64,000 bases of DNA, taken from positions 223,456 through 287,455 of the forward strand of contig NMRA01000444.1 of assembly GCA_002633005.1 (NCBI GenBank). The letters run 5' to 3'. Below the pieces are notes generated by a model, which saw only the letters and a list, made by a program, of their open reading frames with translations, was not told where the DNA came from and searched no databases. Positions 31,528 to 50,100 of this stretch are shown one piece after another. The translations under genes and the position numbers were made by a program. This stretch comes from Phoronis australis. Lineage: Eukaryota; Animalia; Phoronida. Every line of letters starts with the position of its first letter. Positions within the stretch are counted from its first letter, which is position 1.

Positions 31528-34500
31528 TAGGGCTTGCCCTCAATAATTTTCAACAAAGCTGCCAAGATTTTTTTCTCGTTTCACGAATGCAAATTTTTTG
31601 ATTGATGACTTGTCAACTCCGTTGCAGTCACTGCCTAAATAATTGAACATCCTTGACTTTTATTAAAAAAGTGGCGAGCGAAGCCCAGTCGAATACGGCC
31701 AATGGGCGTACCCGAAAGACGCCCACGGCAAAAATGTGCATTTCCAATTTTCACAAAAATTGTCATCCAATACCCAAAATCGATTGCAAACAAGTCATCA
31801 TGCAATCTTTTGCAAAACACACTACAAAACTTACTGATCAAACTGTCCTAATATGAGTCACGTGCTTTAGCGTAGATCTCCGGTAATAACTGAGATAGAA
31901 CGAAGACTTGACGCCCGTTTTGATTTATATGTGTACAACAGAAGAGTGAACCGTAGTGATAAAACGACATTATTTTGTACTTGAGTCACCGCCATGATTG
32001 TGACGCGACAAATGTGAAGAAAAAAACGAGTACGAATTTTACAAGATATAGATTTTATAGACAACGGTTACAAAGCAAATACAGGATATATAAATAATAG
32101 ACGATCTACAAATTCAGAATCAAAACATCACGGGGCCAAGTACAATCCAATTTATATCACCCATGACCGAGATACAAGTAAAGAGGAAGACGCCAGTTAT
32201 AAATGTCGTTCTTTACAATAAACTAAAGCCGACAACCAATACATTTTCAGCATCTAGAAAATAAGCAAATCGCTCACAAACCGTTTGCATTTAGTCAAGA
32301 GCATTTGATAGTTGCATTAATTATTACGAATTTTCACAACTAATTCCTAAGGACATTCGCTATTTTCTCATTGGAAAATAATAGCAGATTTTTTTAGCAA
32401 ATCAGGCGATATCGTTATTATGCTCAAACAAAATGCTGAGAGACACACCTCATCAACAGAAGCTGCGATGATTCAAACACCTCAAAGAATTTACCATTTA
32501 ATTTTTGTGGACGCCAAACATATTTCGTCAGAATACACCCATACACCCAAATACGTGACACTGCGATGACCTCAATACATACCTGTAAGTGTGGTAACCG
32601 AGTGAATTTTTTAATCATTCCCGCAATTATTAATCTTGCCACACAAATCAGATCACAGCCTCAAGTTCTTTCATAGACGGATAAATAACCTCTTGCCTTC
32701 TGTCAAAAACTAACTCTTCATCGGGACGACTTAGGTCTCACTTTTTTGTTTCTTCCTCAGACAAGAATTACTTACTGACAGGTCATTCTTTCATCAAACC
32801 AAGCCCAGGAACTTGCTAGTCACAGTGTGTTAGGCACCAAAACAGCGAATATTGCAAGTGTTCCACCATACCACATCCCCCTAATGCGTTTCTTCAAAGA
32901 TTTTTACTCAATAATTTCGAATATGGATAAACATGCACCAAAGCTTTAGTTACAGGTGTAGGCAACTATCCATGTCCTAACTGAATGCTTTCCGTTGCCT
33001 GGTGTCCATTCTTTTGGTATTTTTCTTTTAAAAGTGAGCACTATATTGCATATGCATCAACACCTACCATTGGTAGGGGATAAGTCAAGTATCAGTCATG
33101 TATTTTAAAAATGTGCTCCCCAGTTTTACCAAGTGTAGGCATATGAAGGTGCCTATAGAGTAACACATTTCAATTAGAACAAAGACTAAGAACACAAAGA
33201 CGTTGCCTTGTAAAAAATAAAAACGTCTGTGCAGAATTTTTGTTTTTTAACACCAGGACATGATTTAAAGGCACAGGTACGTAACGTTTAGAAATTCTCT
33301 AGGGACGTGAATTTCAATAGTTTACTAAAGCTACTGGCCTACCTCAGCCACTTCCTCTAGCTTGTCTACACACCATTGTTAGTGACAAACACACATTTCC
33401 AAGTGGGCTATGTATGCACACCTTCCCTTACATTACATGTCATTTGTAAAGTTCACAGTAGTCATCAATTTAAGGGGAAACTAAAACTACTCATAAACAC
33501 AAGTGAAAACTGCTGTTTCAAACAGCTATACAGAGCATTATGAGTCATCTACATAAACAAGCAATAGATGGGAACACTTTAAGAGATACAACAACATACC
33601 AGCTTGCTATAATGAAGTAATGCAGACCAAGAACCATACAATGATGTGTCTGTACACTTCCTCAGACTCAGTTTGTGGTCAGCTGAGCAATGTTGGCAGC
33701 AGACTGTGGGAATATGGGAATGTATAACGTTGATTTAACCATGTGCAACTGAAGTAAAAAGCAATATTTCACAAGCATATATTTACAGTAGCAGGCCACC
33801 AGGAAGCCAACGAAATATGTTAACCTAAGTGAACAGGTTGAGAACAAAGCTAAAAAATAATTAAATAATTTCTTTGACAATTGTCGGAGCGATTGCGACT
33901 TCCTTTAATTTGTACAGACGAATAAAAACACTAGCCTCAACCTCGGAAATTGCAAAATTGTGAACTAAATATCAAACAAAATCCCATTGTTGTACATTGA
34001 AGGAGTGAAGATAAAAATGAAACCAAGGCAATCGAAGGAATTCAGCTTACAAGCAATTATGAAGGTCCTAAGTCTATGTGTCTTGAGAATTCAAAATAAC
34101 CCTAACAAGTCACAAAAGGCACGTGGTCCAAAGATACAATTTCCCTTCAAATATCTATAATAATATTATAAAGCCCATGATATATCTGTTTCATTCATCA
34201 CTTGTACAGCCTATCAACACATTAACAATCTGTCTTTTCACTTTATTGTTTTAATTTTTATATAAGTTAATAATCATATTATCTATCTCACTCTCATACT
34301 GGAAATCAAATGTTGCTAAAACATTTTGAGCAACCTGAAATTTCACTTGATGTTTTACAGTACTTATTGGCTTACAAAAATCAAAGCTGTGATAATTGTA
34401 AAAACAATCAGTGTTCCTCAAAGCGTGACCAAATGGAGGTAGTCACTTCGTGTTACACTCGAACTTCAGCAATGACAAGCAATAGCAACATAACAAACCC

Positions 34501-35209
34501 AATTGAATTCCAAAGGAATAAAGTCTACACACAGGTCACCTTAACAGCTGGAAAGCTCAAAATACAAACAATGAATGTCGGAAGGCAAGTAAAGTTGTTA
34601 AACAAAACAGACTACATCTAACAAATCATTTAGCCTAATTGGTATGAATTAAAAATGTTAAATCTTCACTAAGCCAGTGTCACTTAATGAATCAATGCTG
34701 GATTATGGCAATACATTTGGCCAAGAACATAGTTGGTTCTGGTCTGTATCTTGATGTATTTTGAAACTGCGCTCACTACTTAAAGAGAAAACACGTGCTG
34801 GCAGCAATTTCAACCAAAAATTTGCTGAAAGACTCCACAAGTAAGATTTAAATGCCATTACTTGCCCAGTGTGCCTTTGCATCTGCTAACAATGTACTGC
34901 CTCCCACGCACGAGTGGTGCCCTCTAGGTCAACACAGCACCAACAACCACTTGACTGCAGCACTGAAGTTAGTTTGAGTAGAGTAAAATAACTTGCACCA
35001 CTTGCGCACATCTCAGGTGGAACTAAAAGCATGTACCACCACGTCAGTTTTCAAAACAACCAAAAACCAGGACCAACTATGGCATGCTTTTTGGCCTCAT
35101 TGCCAGGCTTAACAGTGACAATAACTGGCCCAACATAATTCTACCCACACTCCCTCCATTCCCAATCATTAACCCTAGTAACATCGCTATGAACGAATGT
35201 TGATCAAAC

Positions 35210-41090
<5,881 letters not shown>

Positions 41091-41413
41091 GTTTCTAGCA
41101 CTTCCTCAAAAGTTTTGGTTAACAAACTTTAAAACAGGAAGTGAATAGGCGTGAAGCAAATTTTGACGCATGACTATTCACAGACATCCGGCTTGTGAAA
41201 AGGTAAATGATGTCATGCGTTTCAAAGCAGAAAAATGTCAAATTTTTAGTGATTTAACATTATTGTCAAAATTTATTATAAGTGCAAGTATACAAAACAA
41301 CTATTGAAATTTTATATTTGCAATAAATTATCCAACATATAATTTTTTTATTTAATGTTTAATACCTAAAGTTGCCTTTTTTTGCACCCATAATGTTCTG
41401 CTGATGGTTTGGA
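41091..41413. promoter_or_regulatory. Bidirectional RAB35/ABHD11 promoter
   Basis: Divergent start codons only ~320 bp apart. Contains ETS-type ACAGGAAGTG (~41134), CRE-like TGACGCA (~41164) and a candidate 5'UTR donor AAG|GTAAAT (~41203). Confidence 0.7.
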
Positions 41414-44400
41414 ATGGTCATGGTTTCTTTGAACTGGAGAAATTACATAAGGCATTTTCTTGGCACTGCTCGGAAATTAAACAGCTACAGATTTTGCCAC
41501 TCTTCAGGCCAAGTGTAATTGCTTTGGGCACCTTTCCATTGCTTTTAAACATATTTTCAGTTACGAATTACCCTAGACAGATGAATCGCTCAAGTTGTGA
41601 CCGTGATTCGTGAATCAGATCTGACAATGACATGCCCTTAATTAACAATTTTCAGTGGAAACTTGACAGGCTTGAAAACACTGGCCTAAGTTTTTTCAAA
41701 GATTTTTTCAGTTGCAGTTATGTTTCCCTGCTGGCGGTGCCATCTCCTCAAGGCAGTAGTAGAGACGGTGATCTCACGCTCATTCATCCGTCAAAGAAAG
41801 TCATGCTGCTATATCGTACCTTTTCGGCTTTTGAGCATAGAGGGACGCTTCTGGAGACCGTCGATGTCTTTAAATCTTTTCACTCGAGCAAATACTCCCG
41901 CAGTCAAACTTATGGATTATGTTCGAGGCGTCTCTTTGTGTTCACATTGTATTTATTGCAATGTGATGGATGAATCAGTGTGAGGCATAATAAATTGTAA
42001 AAATCAAGATTCAACTAAAAACACATAGCCTACTTTCTGTATCATAAAATGGATGTTATAGCTCTTGGTGGGTGGTCTTACCATGCTGTAGTGCTATGTG
42101 TAGACTCTGTAAAGAGTTTCCAAAATTTTATCCAAACGTTTGAGAATTACTAGTTTGTTTCTGAAGTCTGGATGGGAAAGTCATTAATATTTGTTAACTG
42201 TCCAAAATTGGTTTGGGTAGTGTTAGCCAAGTGTTAGCAGACTTATTAAAAACACCTGGGTTCAAATGATAACAATTAGTGCCGCATATAGAGTAATGAT
42301 TGACTTAAGATCTCACCAACTTCGTACAAAAATAAATGCAGAAATTTGCCTTTTGTATTTGTCATAGTCTTTAAACATTGTGAGTGCCCACAATTTTCAA
42401 AATATTTTTGGTGGTTGCTATAGTAACGAATTTCTTGTCTGCCATATTGTGGCCTAAATTGGTGAGATTTTTCCAAAGTCTTAAATCTTATTTTTCAGTT
42501 CTGTCAAACTGTCCTACAACTCTATTCTGCCGGATCACGTTGCCCACAAAGTACCACTGGTCATCATTCATGGTTTGTTTGGCTGCAAAAACAACTGGAA
42601 TAGTCTTGCCAAAGCTCTGGCACGCTCATGTTATCGTCAGGTAGATGGAGATATGAACACTGTTATATATGCCTCGTGCAACATACTATAAACTTTTGGC
42701 TTAACACTGATGCTCACGTAAGCACCTACCCACTATTGGGAAATCAGTTGAACGCCAAATGCTTGAACTAAGGCCCTCCTGTTATTTGCTGATTTTCAAA
42801 ACAGTTGTACTTTCAAAATGCAGAAACGTTATCAATTTCAAGTCAAGAGTTAAGTTATGGCCAGGAGTTATGATCATTGCCAGGGACACTGCTTTCTGTT
42901 TGCATTTTTTGCAGTGCATTAAAAATGGTTGTGTGGTTTAAATTTAGACATTCCTTGATTATTGTCGGCCACAGTATCTCACACTATGCAGATTATGTTT
43001 TGAAAAGAACCATTCTTTTTTGCAGTACTAAATCCTGTCCTTGTTTGCTGCCAAATGTTGGCAACTATGAGTTTTGTATGCTGGAACTTGCTAGTGTGAC
43101 CTGAATTTTATGTATAAGACCTGGGATTTTATCCAGATCACAAATGACAACCTTCTGATTTTCATAGTGCCAAGGCCTGTTGTAGGTGGCCAGGGAAATT
43201 GTTTGGGTCCAATTTACTGCCCTTGTGCTGGTAACTGCCCACCCCCAATTTCTTGAAATTACGGATTTAACCAGCCTCCTCTGGGTTAAATGCTCACCCC
43301 CTGGTTTTCAGGCTATCCAGTTTAAGCACTCAGAGCATAAACTGAGTGTTTGTGGTATTTTCATTGCTTAATATTGCTTGCTTGCAATGGAACTGATAAT
43401 TGTCTAAATGCAGCTAATTTTACTTGATTCCGATGTGCTGTGAGTATACACAAATTGCCATTTGTTTAAAGCCAGTTTTGAAAAGGTCTGATATTCAGTT
43501 TATTGTTTGCCATTGATAATACACATTACTACTCAGAAAATGATAATGACCTGAACTTCTGTAATGGAGTAGACATTTTCCATTCTTTCATATACCTTCT
43601 AAGTGATTTGCGTTTTATGTTTTTGTCATAAATACCTGTCCGTAGCATGTTTGTCTAAGGATTATCATTATCTATTTATAGGTCATCACTGTTGACTGCA
43701 GGAACCATGGCGACAGCCCACACACAGATGCCATGGACTACCCATTAATGAGTCTGGACACTGAGGTCCTTCTCAGTGAACTCAACATTAAGAAAGCTGT
43801 GGTCATGGGTCACAGTATGGGGGGGAAGGTGGCGATGACGCTGGCACTCTCAAGGGTCTGTAGTAAATGTTTGATGCAGATCTTTGATATTTTCAGATAT
43901 TTGTTGAATTGTTTCACAAGGAAGCTTGGTTACATTCAGTAAGGTTTCTGTGTTGTGAATTTTGATAGAGGTCATACAAGGTCAGCATAGTGAAAACTGA
44001 TAAGTTCAGGCTCTTGGTAGGACCTTATCTTATGAATGTCCCTAGTTGTTAAGAAATTAATTATTTCAGATGTGAAAATGTATTTTTCTTTTGTAGCACA
44101 AATTTGTGAATTTGAATTTTCCCATTGTGCCAATTTGTTAAAATGTGACAGCATATTAGTAAATTTTTGCCTATTTAGCACACAATATGACAAAAAATGA
44201 ATGAAAATTATGCTTTGTTATGACGATAGATTCTATCACAAAGCAGCACTTGTCAAAATCAATTATTTGTAGCCCATGAATCAGCTTTTAAAGAATTGAA
44301 AAATGGCACTTTTACCTTCAGAATATCCGTAACTTGATTGTCTTTGATGGCAGAGGAGGCTAAAATGACTATTTTGGAAAGTTAACAATGGTTGACATTG

Positions 44401-45873
44401 GTCAATTGTACAAATGTTTTGTTTACTTAAACATCTGCCCTATTGTGAAAAGGCAGCTGTATGTATTAAAAGTCGGCTATGGCTCATATTTGACAATAAA
44501 AAATACTGGTTTATATGTACTGAGGTGTTGCTCTGTGCCTTAGAGCTCATGGGTGAAAATTCTAATGATAACATGGACAAATTTCTTTCGCAAATTACAT
44601 TTTGTGATTTAAATCTTTTTTGTTAATTTCAGCCCGACCTTGTAGAGAAATTGGTTGCCGTGGATATCGCACCAACCAACAACCCTGGCGCCACAGTAAC
44701 TTTCCCTTCATACATCAGGGCAATGCAAACTGTTGAGTTTGATCACTCGGTGCCGTTGTCACAAGTCAGAAAACTGGCATTGCAAAAATTAAGTCCAGCT
44801 GTACCAGTAAGCATTTTCAATGCTTTCATATGAGCATTGCCATTTGAGGATGAAGTAGTTGAAGCCTTTCCACAGTATGTTTGTAACTTACCACTGTTAT
44901 GTGATCCGTGAGTTTCACTTGACTTAATTAATTCAATGATCACTGTGTGCCCTTTTGGGGGCATGGATTCAGAAGTTCCTGAGAACAATTAAATGCTTTC
45001 AGCCAAACAATCCACGATAGGTTACAATCTTGGTGACTCCTTTTGCCTCTCACTGATATATTATGCTAGAAATTTATGTATTGTTCCTTCCTTAGTGAGT
45101 TTGGTCTTTTAAGACATAGATTTTTTCTTTTCGCTTACAGTTGTGGTTGGTGTTTCTTGAGCTGGTCAGTTGTTACAGTCCATTTATATGAAATCATTCC
45201 TTCTTGAAACCACAATTTTTGTTATTTTTGTCTAGCTGACTTAAGGTAATTTGGTAACCAATTTTGTTGCATTCTGTCTGCAGGAAGAAGATGTCCGTCA
45301 ATTTTTGGTGTCCAATATTAGAGAAACGGGCACAGCATACTCCTGGCGCGTCAATTTGGATGCAATCTTCAACAACCTGGACAAGATCGCTGGTTACCCA
45401 CCATGTGAGGCCAGTTACCAGGGAGACACCTTATTCATTGGAGGAAGTAAATCAACCCACATCAGGTTTGTTTACTTTTGTTGTTCGGACATTTACACCA
45501 AAAGAAGTTTGGTCATGTTTTTGATACCGTTATGTTGCTATTAATGTATCTTTCTTGTTGCTTAATTGTACTAAAATATATGGTCATATGCCCCAATTAA
45601 TGACAGTTTGATGTATGGTTGAAATCACAGAGCTAATATCTATGTTTTTGTGGATAAGTGGCCAATTACAGTCAAAAAGGTACTACACAGCCTTAATGTT
45701 TGAGGTCTTTAATGAATTGTCATATTTTTTACAGTGACAGCTCTATACCAGAAATGAGGAGGTTGTTTCCTGAGTATAAACTACTGTTCATAGAGGGCGC
45801 CGGGCACTGGGTTCACAGGGACATGCCAACAGAGTTCAGGAAAATTGTAACACGATTCTTAATAGCCAGGTGA
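41414..45873 (+). CDS. ABHD11: Alpha/beta hydrolase domain-containing protein 11 (mitochondrial), ~303 aa
   Basis: Exons 41414-41514 (Arg-rich, acid-free presequence-like), 42499-42640 (HGLFGCKNNW), 43682-43855 (DCRNHGDS, GHSMGGK nucleophile elbow), 44633-44806 (VDIAP), 45284-45465 (WRVNL..LFIGG), 45735-45873 (GAGHWVH). Phases are consistent, sum 912 nt. The start may be 41414 or 41420. Confidence 0.93.
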
Positions 45874-46313
45874 CTTGAGTAGTTAGTCAGGATAATAGTG
45901 ATGTCTCATCTGGGCTTTATTTGATATTATGGTATTATTTATCTAGTCTATTTGTGCATTGAAAGGTTTGTTATGGAGAAGGAACTTTTGTTTCTTATGT
46001 GCATTTATGTATATTTTATATTTTATATTATATAAATACAACTGTAACAAATCCTTGTTGCTGCACTCAGAGTAAGTTACATAACATTAAACATCACGGT
46101 TAATATTGCAAGATTTTGGGCAGTGGAGGTTTACAAAAGTTAAATATAGTTCGAAATTTATCATGGTCCTCCCTCATTTATTAAGTAACAAACCATGCTG
46201 TCATATTAGTCATTCATAAATATCACTGAGTTGGAAGTCCTTAGACATGTATAAAATTCTGGAATGTAGACTTTACTGAACATGTATGTCAAAATGCTCC
46301 AAGTTATGATCGT

Positions 46314-46395
46314 GTCAAAGTGCACCAGGTTAGGATGGGGTCAAAGTGCACCAGGTTAGGATGGGGTCAAAGTGCACCAGGTTAGGATGGGGTCC
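46314..46395. repeat. 26-bp tandem repeat x3
   Basis: GTCAAAGTGCACCAGGTTAGGATGGG repeated three times between the convergent ABHD11 and BICDL1 stop codons. Confidence 0.9.
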
Positions 46396-47178
46396 AAGTC
46401 TTGTGTGAAGAAAAAAAGCTGCATTCGTCCTATTTGTTGTCTGTGTGAAACAAAAGTGGCGTTATAACTTCTACTATTACAAAATCGGTCTCGTAATATT
46501 CCCTACTGTGATAGCATGCTATTTTTGTTCACAACAAGAACATTGAAACCATCAGTGACTCAAGAAAATGCTTAAATGCTGAGGGAGGCCAACCCTAATT
46601 TGGAAATTCAAAAAATGTCAAATGTACGCTTTGCCTATCACTTTGGTTGATGGTGGAAATGGTATTGTGGTAAGGAATATTGGGAGGACGATTTTATGGT
46701 AGTAAAGGATCTGATTTGATTTTTCGTCTTTTTATCCAGCTTAATGGAGCGAAATGGTGCTTTAGAAACTCGTCTTTTTGTATCAACATTTTGAAGTTGC
46801 TTAGTGATGTAGATCAAATATTCAGACCAGTTTACTCGTTTTTTAAGATGACCAAAATGTGTATACCCATAATTATGCAAATCTTCTCTTACACTAGACT
46901 TATAACCTATCTAATGGCTGTGGTTCATGAGGGTCTGGCAGGATAAACTTATCAATACTCTTCCTGAGTTTGAGGAACACTTGTAACCAGTTTTCTAACA
47001 TTAAATGATCTAAAGGAATTGTGCTTTCCATGTTCAGCTGTGTTTTGACATGAAACAGACTCCTGTGAGACTACAAGTATGAAGTGTCTCATTCAAAGAT
47101 TGCAATCCAGCCCCCTCCCCCTCCCTCGTAGGTAATTCTAAGGTCTGTGTGTTCCTGGACCCTTGGATTCAAATGAGT

Positions 47179-50100
47179 TCACCAAAACGCAAATCTCCAC
47201 TTTTTCTCTTCCTGTGGGCTCCCCTTTGCTTCATCTTGTACTTTCCTGTGGATCGAGTGATCAGAAGCATGCCGTCTATGTCCATGTTGTCTCTTGATCT
47301 GTTCATTCACATTGGACGCTATCACATCATGCATGTCTTCCTGTTGAAAGAATCAACAAATTGTGGTTGAAGATCGAATTTCTTAAATATTGTCCCCTCT
47401 GTAGTATTTTAAAAGTTTTTGCTAGAACATGCATTCTCACTGAGGCATTATTTTGTCTTTTTAGGTAATGAAAACTGCTAAATTCTTTGGTCACGGTAGG
47501 GGTTCACTTGACCACTCCATGCTGGCTTTACTTTGTTTGAAAATTAGTGATTCTGTCTGGGTCACTTTGCTTTGGTACCCTGTTCTATGAAAAACAACTT
47601 TCTCATTGTCCCCAGTAAGTCCTTTAGATCTTGCAAACATCAACTTTGAACTATTGTGTTCCAACATTTTTTATTGCCAAGTTACTGATACTCTACTGGA
47701 AGAGGTCATGACGTATTACTAACTCATATCAACAGGGCTTGAAATTTTCCTTTTCGAGAGGCTTCCATCGTTTTTTAGTTTGGATTTCGTCTTATTTAAT
47801 TATCTTTTTATTCTTTTTTCGTCGCTTCATCTTTATTTTGATGTTACGCATGTGAAACGTTTATTTACACAAAAATATTTCGCTTACACCAGCCTTGTGG
47901 TCACCTGGAAAATTTTGCTCTTTTTTGTCATTGATCATTCCAAGCCCTGCAAGAGACCTCACTGAGTTAGTCCTCCACATTATACCACCATGTGCCTCAA
48001 TTGGACTTAACTATTTTAGTGTGGGCCATTTGCAGGACCATGCTTGGTGAAAATTGCTGTATGGTTTCTTTTGCCCAGTCTCTTTAGTTTTCTGGTAAGG
48101 ACTATCATGTGCGCATATATTCTTTTAAAAACTAGGCTCCCTTAGTTGCCAGGACGAGTCCTCATAAATTTATTAATGTATAATTATTGTCTGTGCCACG
48201 AAAATATTCGAATTGTGAACAATGAAACCTAGCAACAAGCTCTCAAAAGACACTTGGCTTGAGGCTGTGTATTGACAGAAAAATAAGCAGGTTGCCCTAC
48301 ACGTGTACTTGACTAGACTGTCTCGAGCAGCGAATTCATTTATTTCTCATTGGCTGCACTTGATTGTCTTCCATGCTAACCCGCAGACATATCGTAGGTT
48401 TAAAAACCAGGCGTGTGTTCATTAATGCTAGGACCTACGTTAGGACCTAGCTAAAATCTAGCCAAGGGCAGGTGATATTTAAAATACACGGTCAAATCTC
48501 GCGTAATCTCGCGAAGTCTTGCTTTTTAGCGAGGTCCTAGCGTTACTGAACGGAGGCAGAAGTTGCCTCTGAAAACCAGTATGATGTAATCCGGCGGAAC
48601 CGGCGAAGTCTATCAAGTGTACCATTTTGCTCGTTTTAGTCCGTAAACAACTAGAACTCAAAATAGTTTTATGGTAAATATTGGTCGAGTGATGTCTGAC
48701 ATAAAGAACCTGACCATTAAAGATTCATTTCTACTCCATTTTAGAAATAATTTTTTGATAACAATCGAGGTGAAGTTCTTGCGCGAACTCGGTCTAGAAA
48801 ATTGAGGGGCTCGAATTTTTGAGAATGTGGACCTTTTACCAAGATTCCCGGGGCACGTTCAAGGATCCTGTCGTTTTATTGGACTTTTTTCTCGTTTTGT
48901 ACTTTTTTGGAGTTTTTGTTTCTCTGGGGCGGACCTTTTCGCCGTTCGAGCCCCCCACCCCACCCCCCCCGGGTACGCGCATGTGCTATAATCATTTGTG
49001 ATGTAGAACTTTAAGTCCAATTGCAACACTGTTACAACAGTTTATGAACAGTGACTGCGTGAACTTCTATTGACTTTAAAACAGTTAATTGTGAAAAAAG
49101 TATAAGTGTACTTTCGTTGACGAAACACGTGAATCTAGCTGTTGTGATTTGGCAGAAACAAAGGAAAGGGTGTCTCTAATAAAGAGTTAATCGAAAACTG
49201 TACAGAGAGTACGAGCAAGTGTACATCAAGCTGTGCAACAGGAAGTACAGTCGCGTTGTTCACTAAGTTTGCGTTAGTGAAAGGGTGCTACAGAACTTAT
49301 AAATTCAGTGTAGCTTGCCAGTGCGGGAGTATGCCAAATTTCGGGTGATCATTTCTCCACCGGCAGTTGAGAGGACCTGCTAATACTGGTAAAGCGGTGC
49401 GGTCGCCTCTTGGGCTTCTCTGGTTATAATTAGAACTTAATTGTGCAATTAGTATACAAGATGTACCTGCCATTTTTCAAGTTGTTCTGACAGCGCCATC
49501 TTTTGTTCCACCGCCTGCAGCAGTTGCCTATTCAGCGTGGTCATGTCTTGTTTGGTTTGAGCAAGCTCTTGAGCTAGTGAGTTCTTTCTGTAACGGATAA
49601 GAAAACCAGCTCCTATTTGTGACTATGGCATGGACAATTGAAATTTTTTGTAGCTTTCCTCAGTTTGTCTTGGTTTCGGTGTAAGTAATGATGTGAAAAT
49701 GAAATACGTCAGGAGTTTTTGTTGCCGTTAAAAAACTCATACCAAGGTAACGGGTTTTTCATTGGTTTTCAGTCAGTGAATAGGATTCTCAATTGCCACG
49801 CGTCATAAACCTGTAGATTAAGTAGAAAAAAGAAAATATAATCTATTGTCACTTCTAAATCGTCTCCCACGCATGTGTAATCGCTCATAATGTGCTTGCA
49901 GCGAGTTCACCAGACGTCTTAGTCATCAACTATCGATTATAAAATAAATAATTTGAGAACTTGATTAAACAATGAGTCGGCTCACATTTGCATTGCCTCA
50001 TCTCTTTCGTTGCGTGTCTGTTGTAATGATCTGTCTTTGGTAATTAATTCTTCTTTGTTTTGGCGGTGTTGCTAAAATAGAATCGGAAGGGATACGTTGA

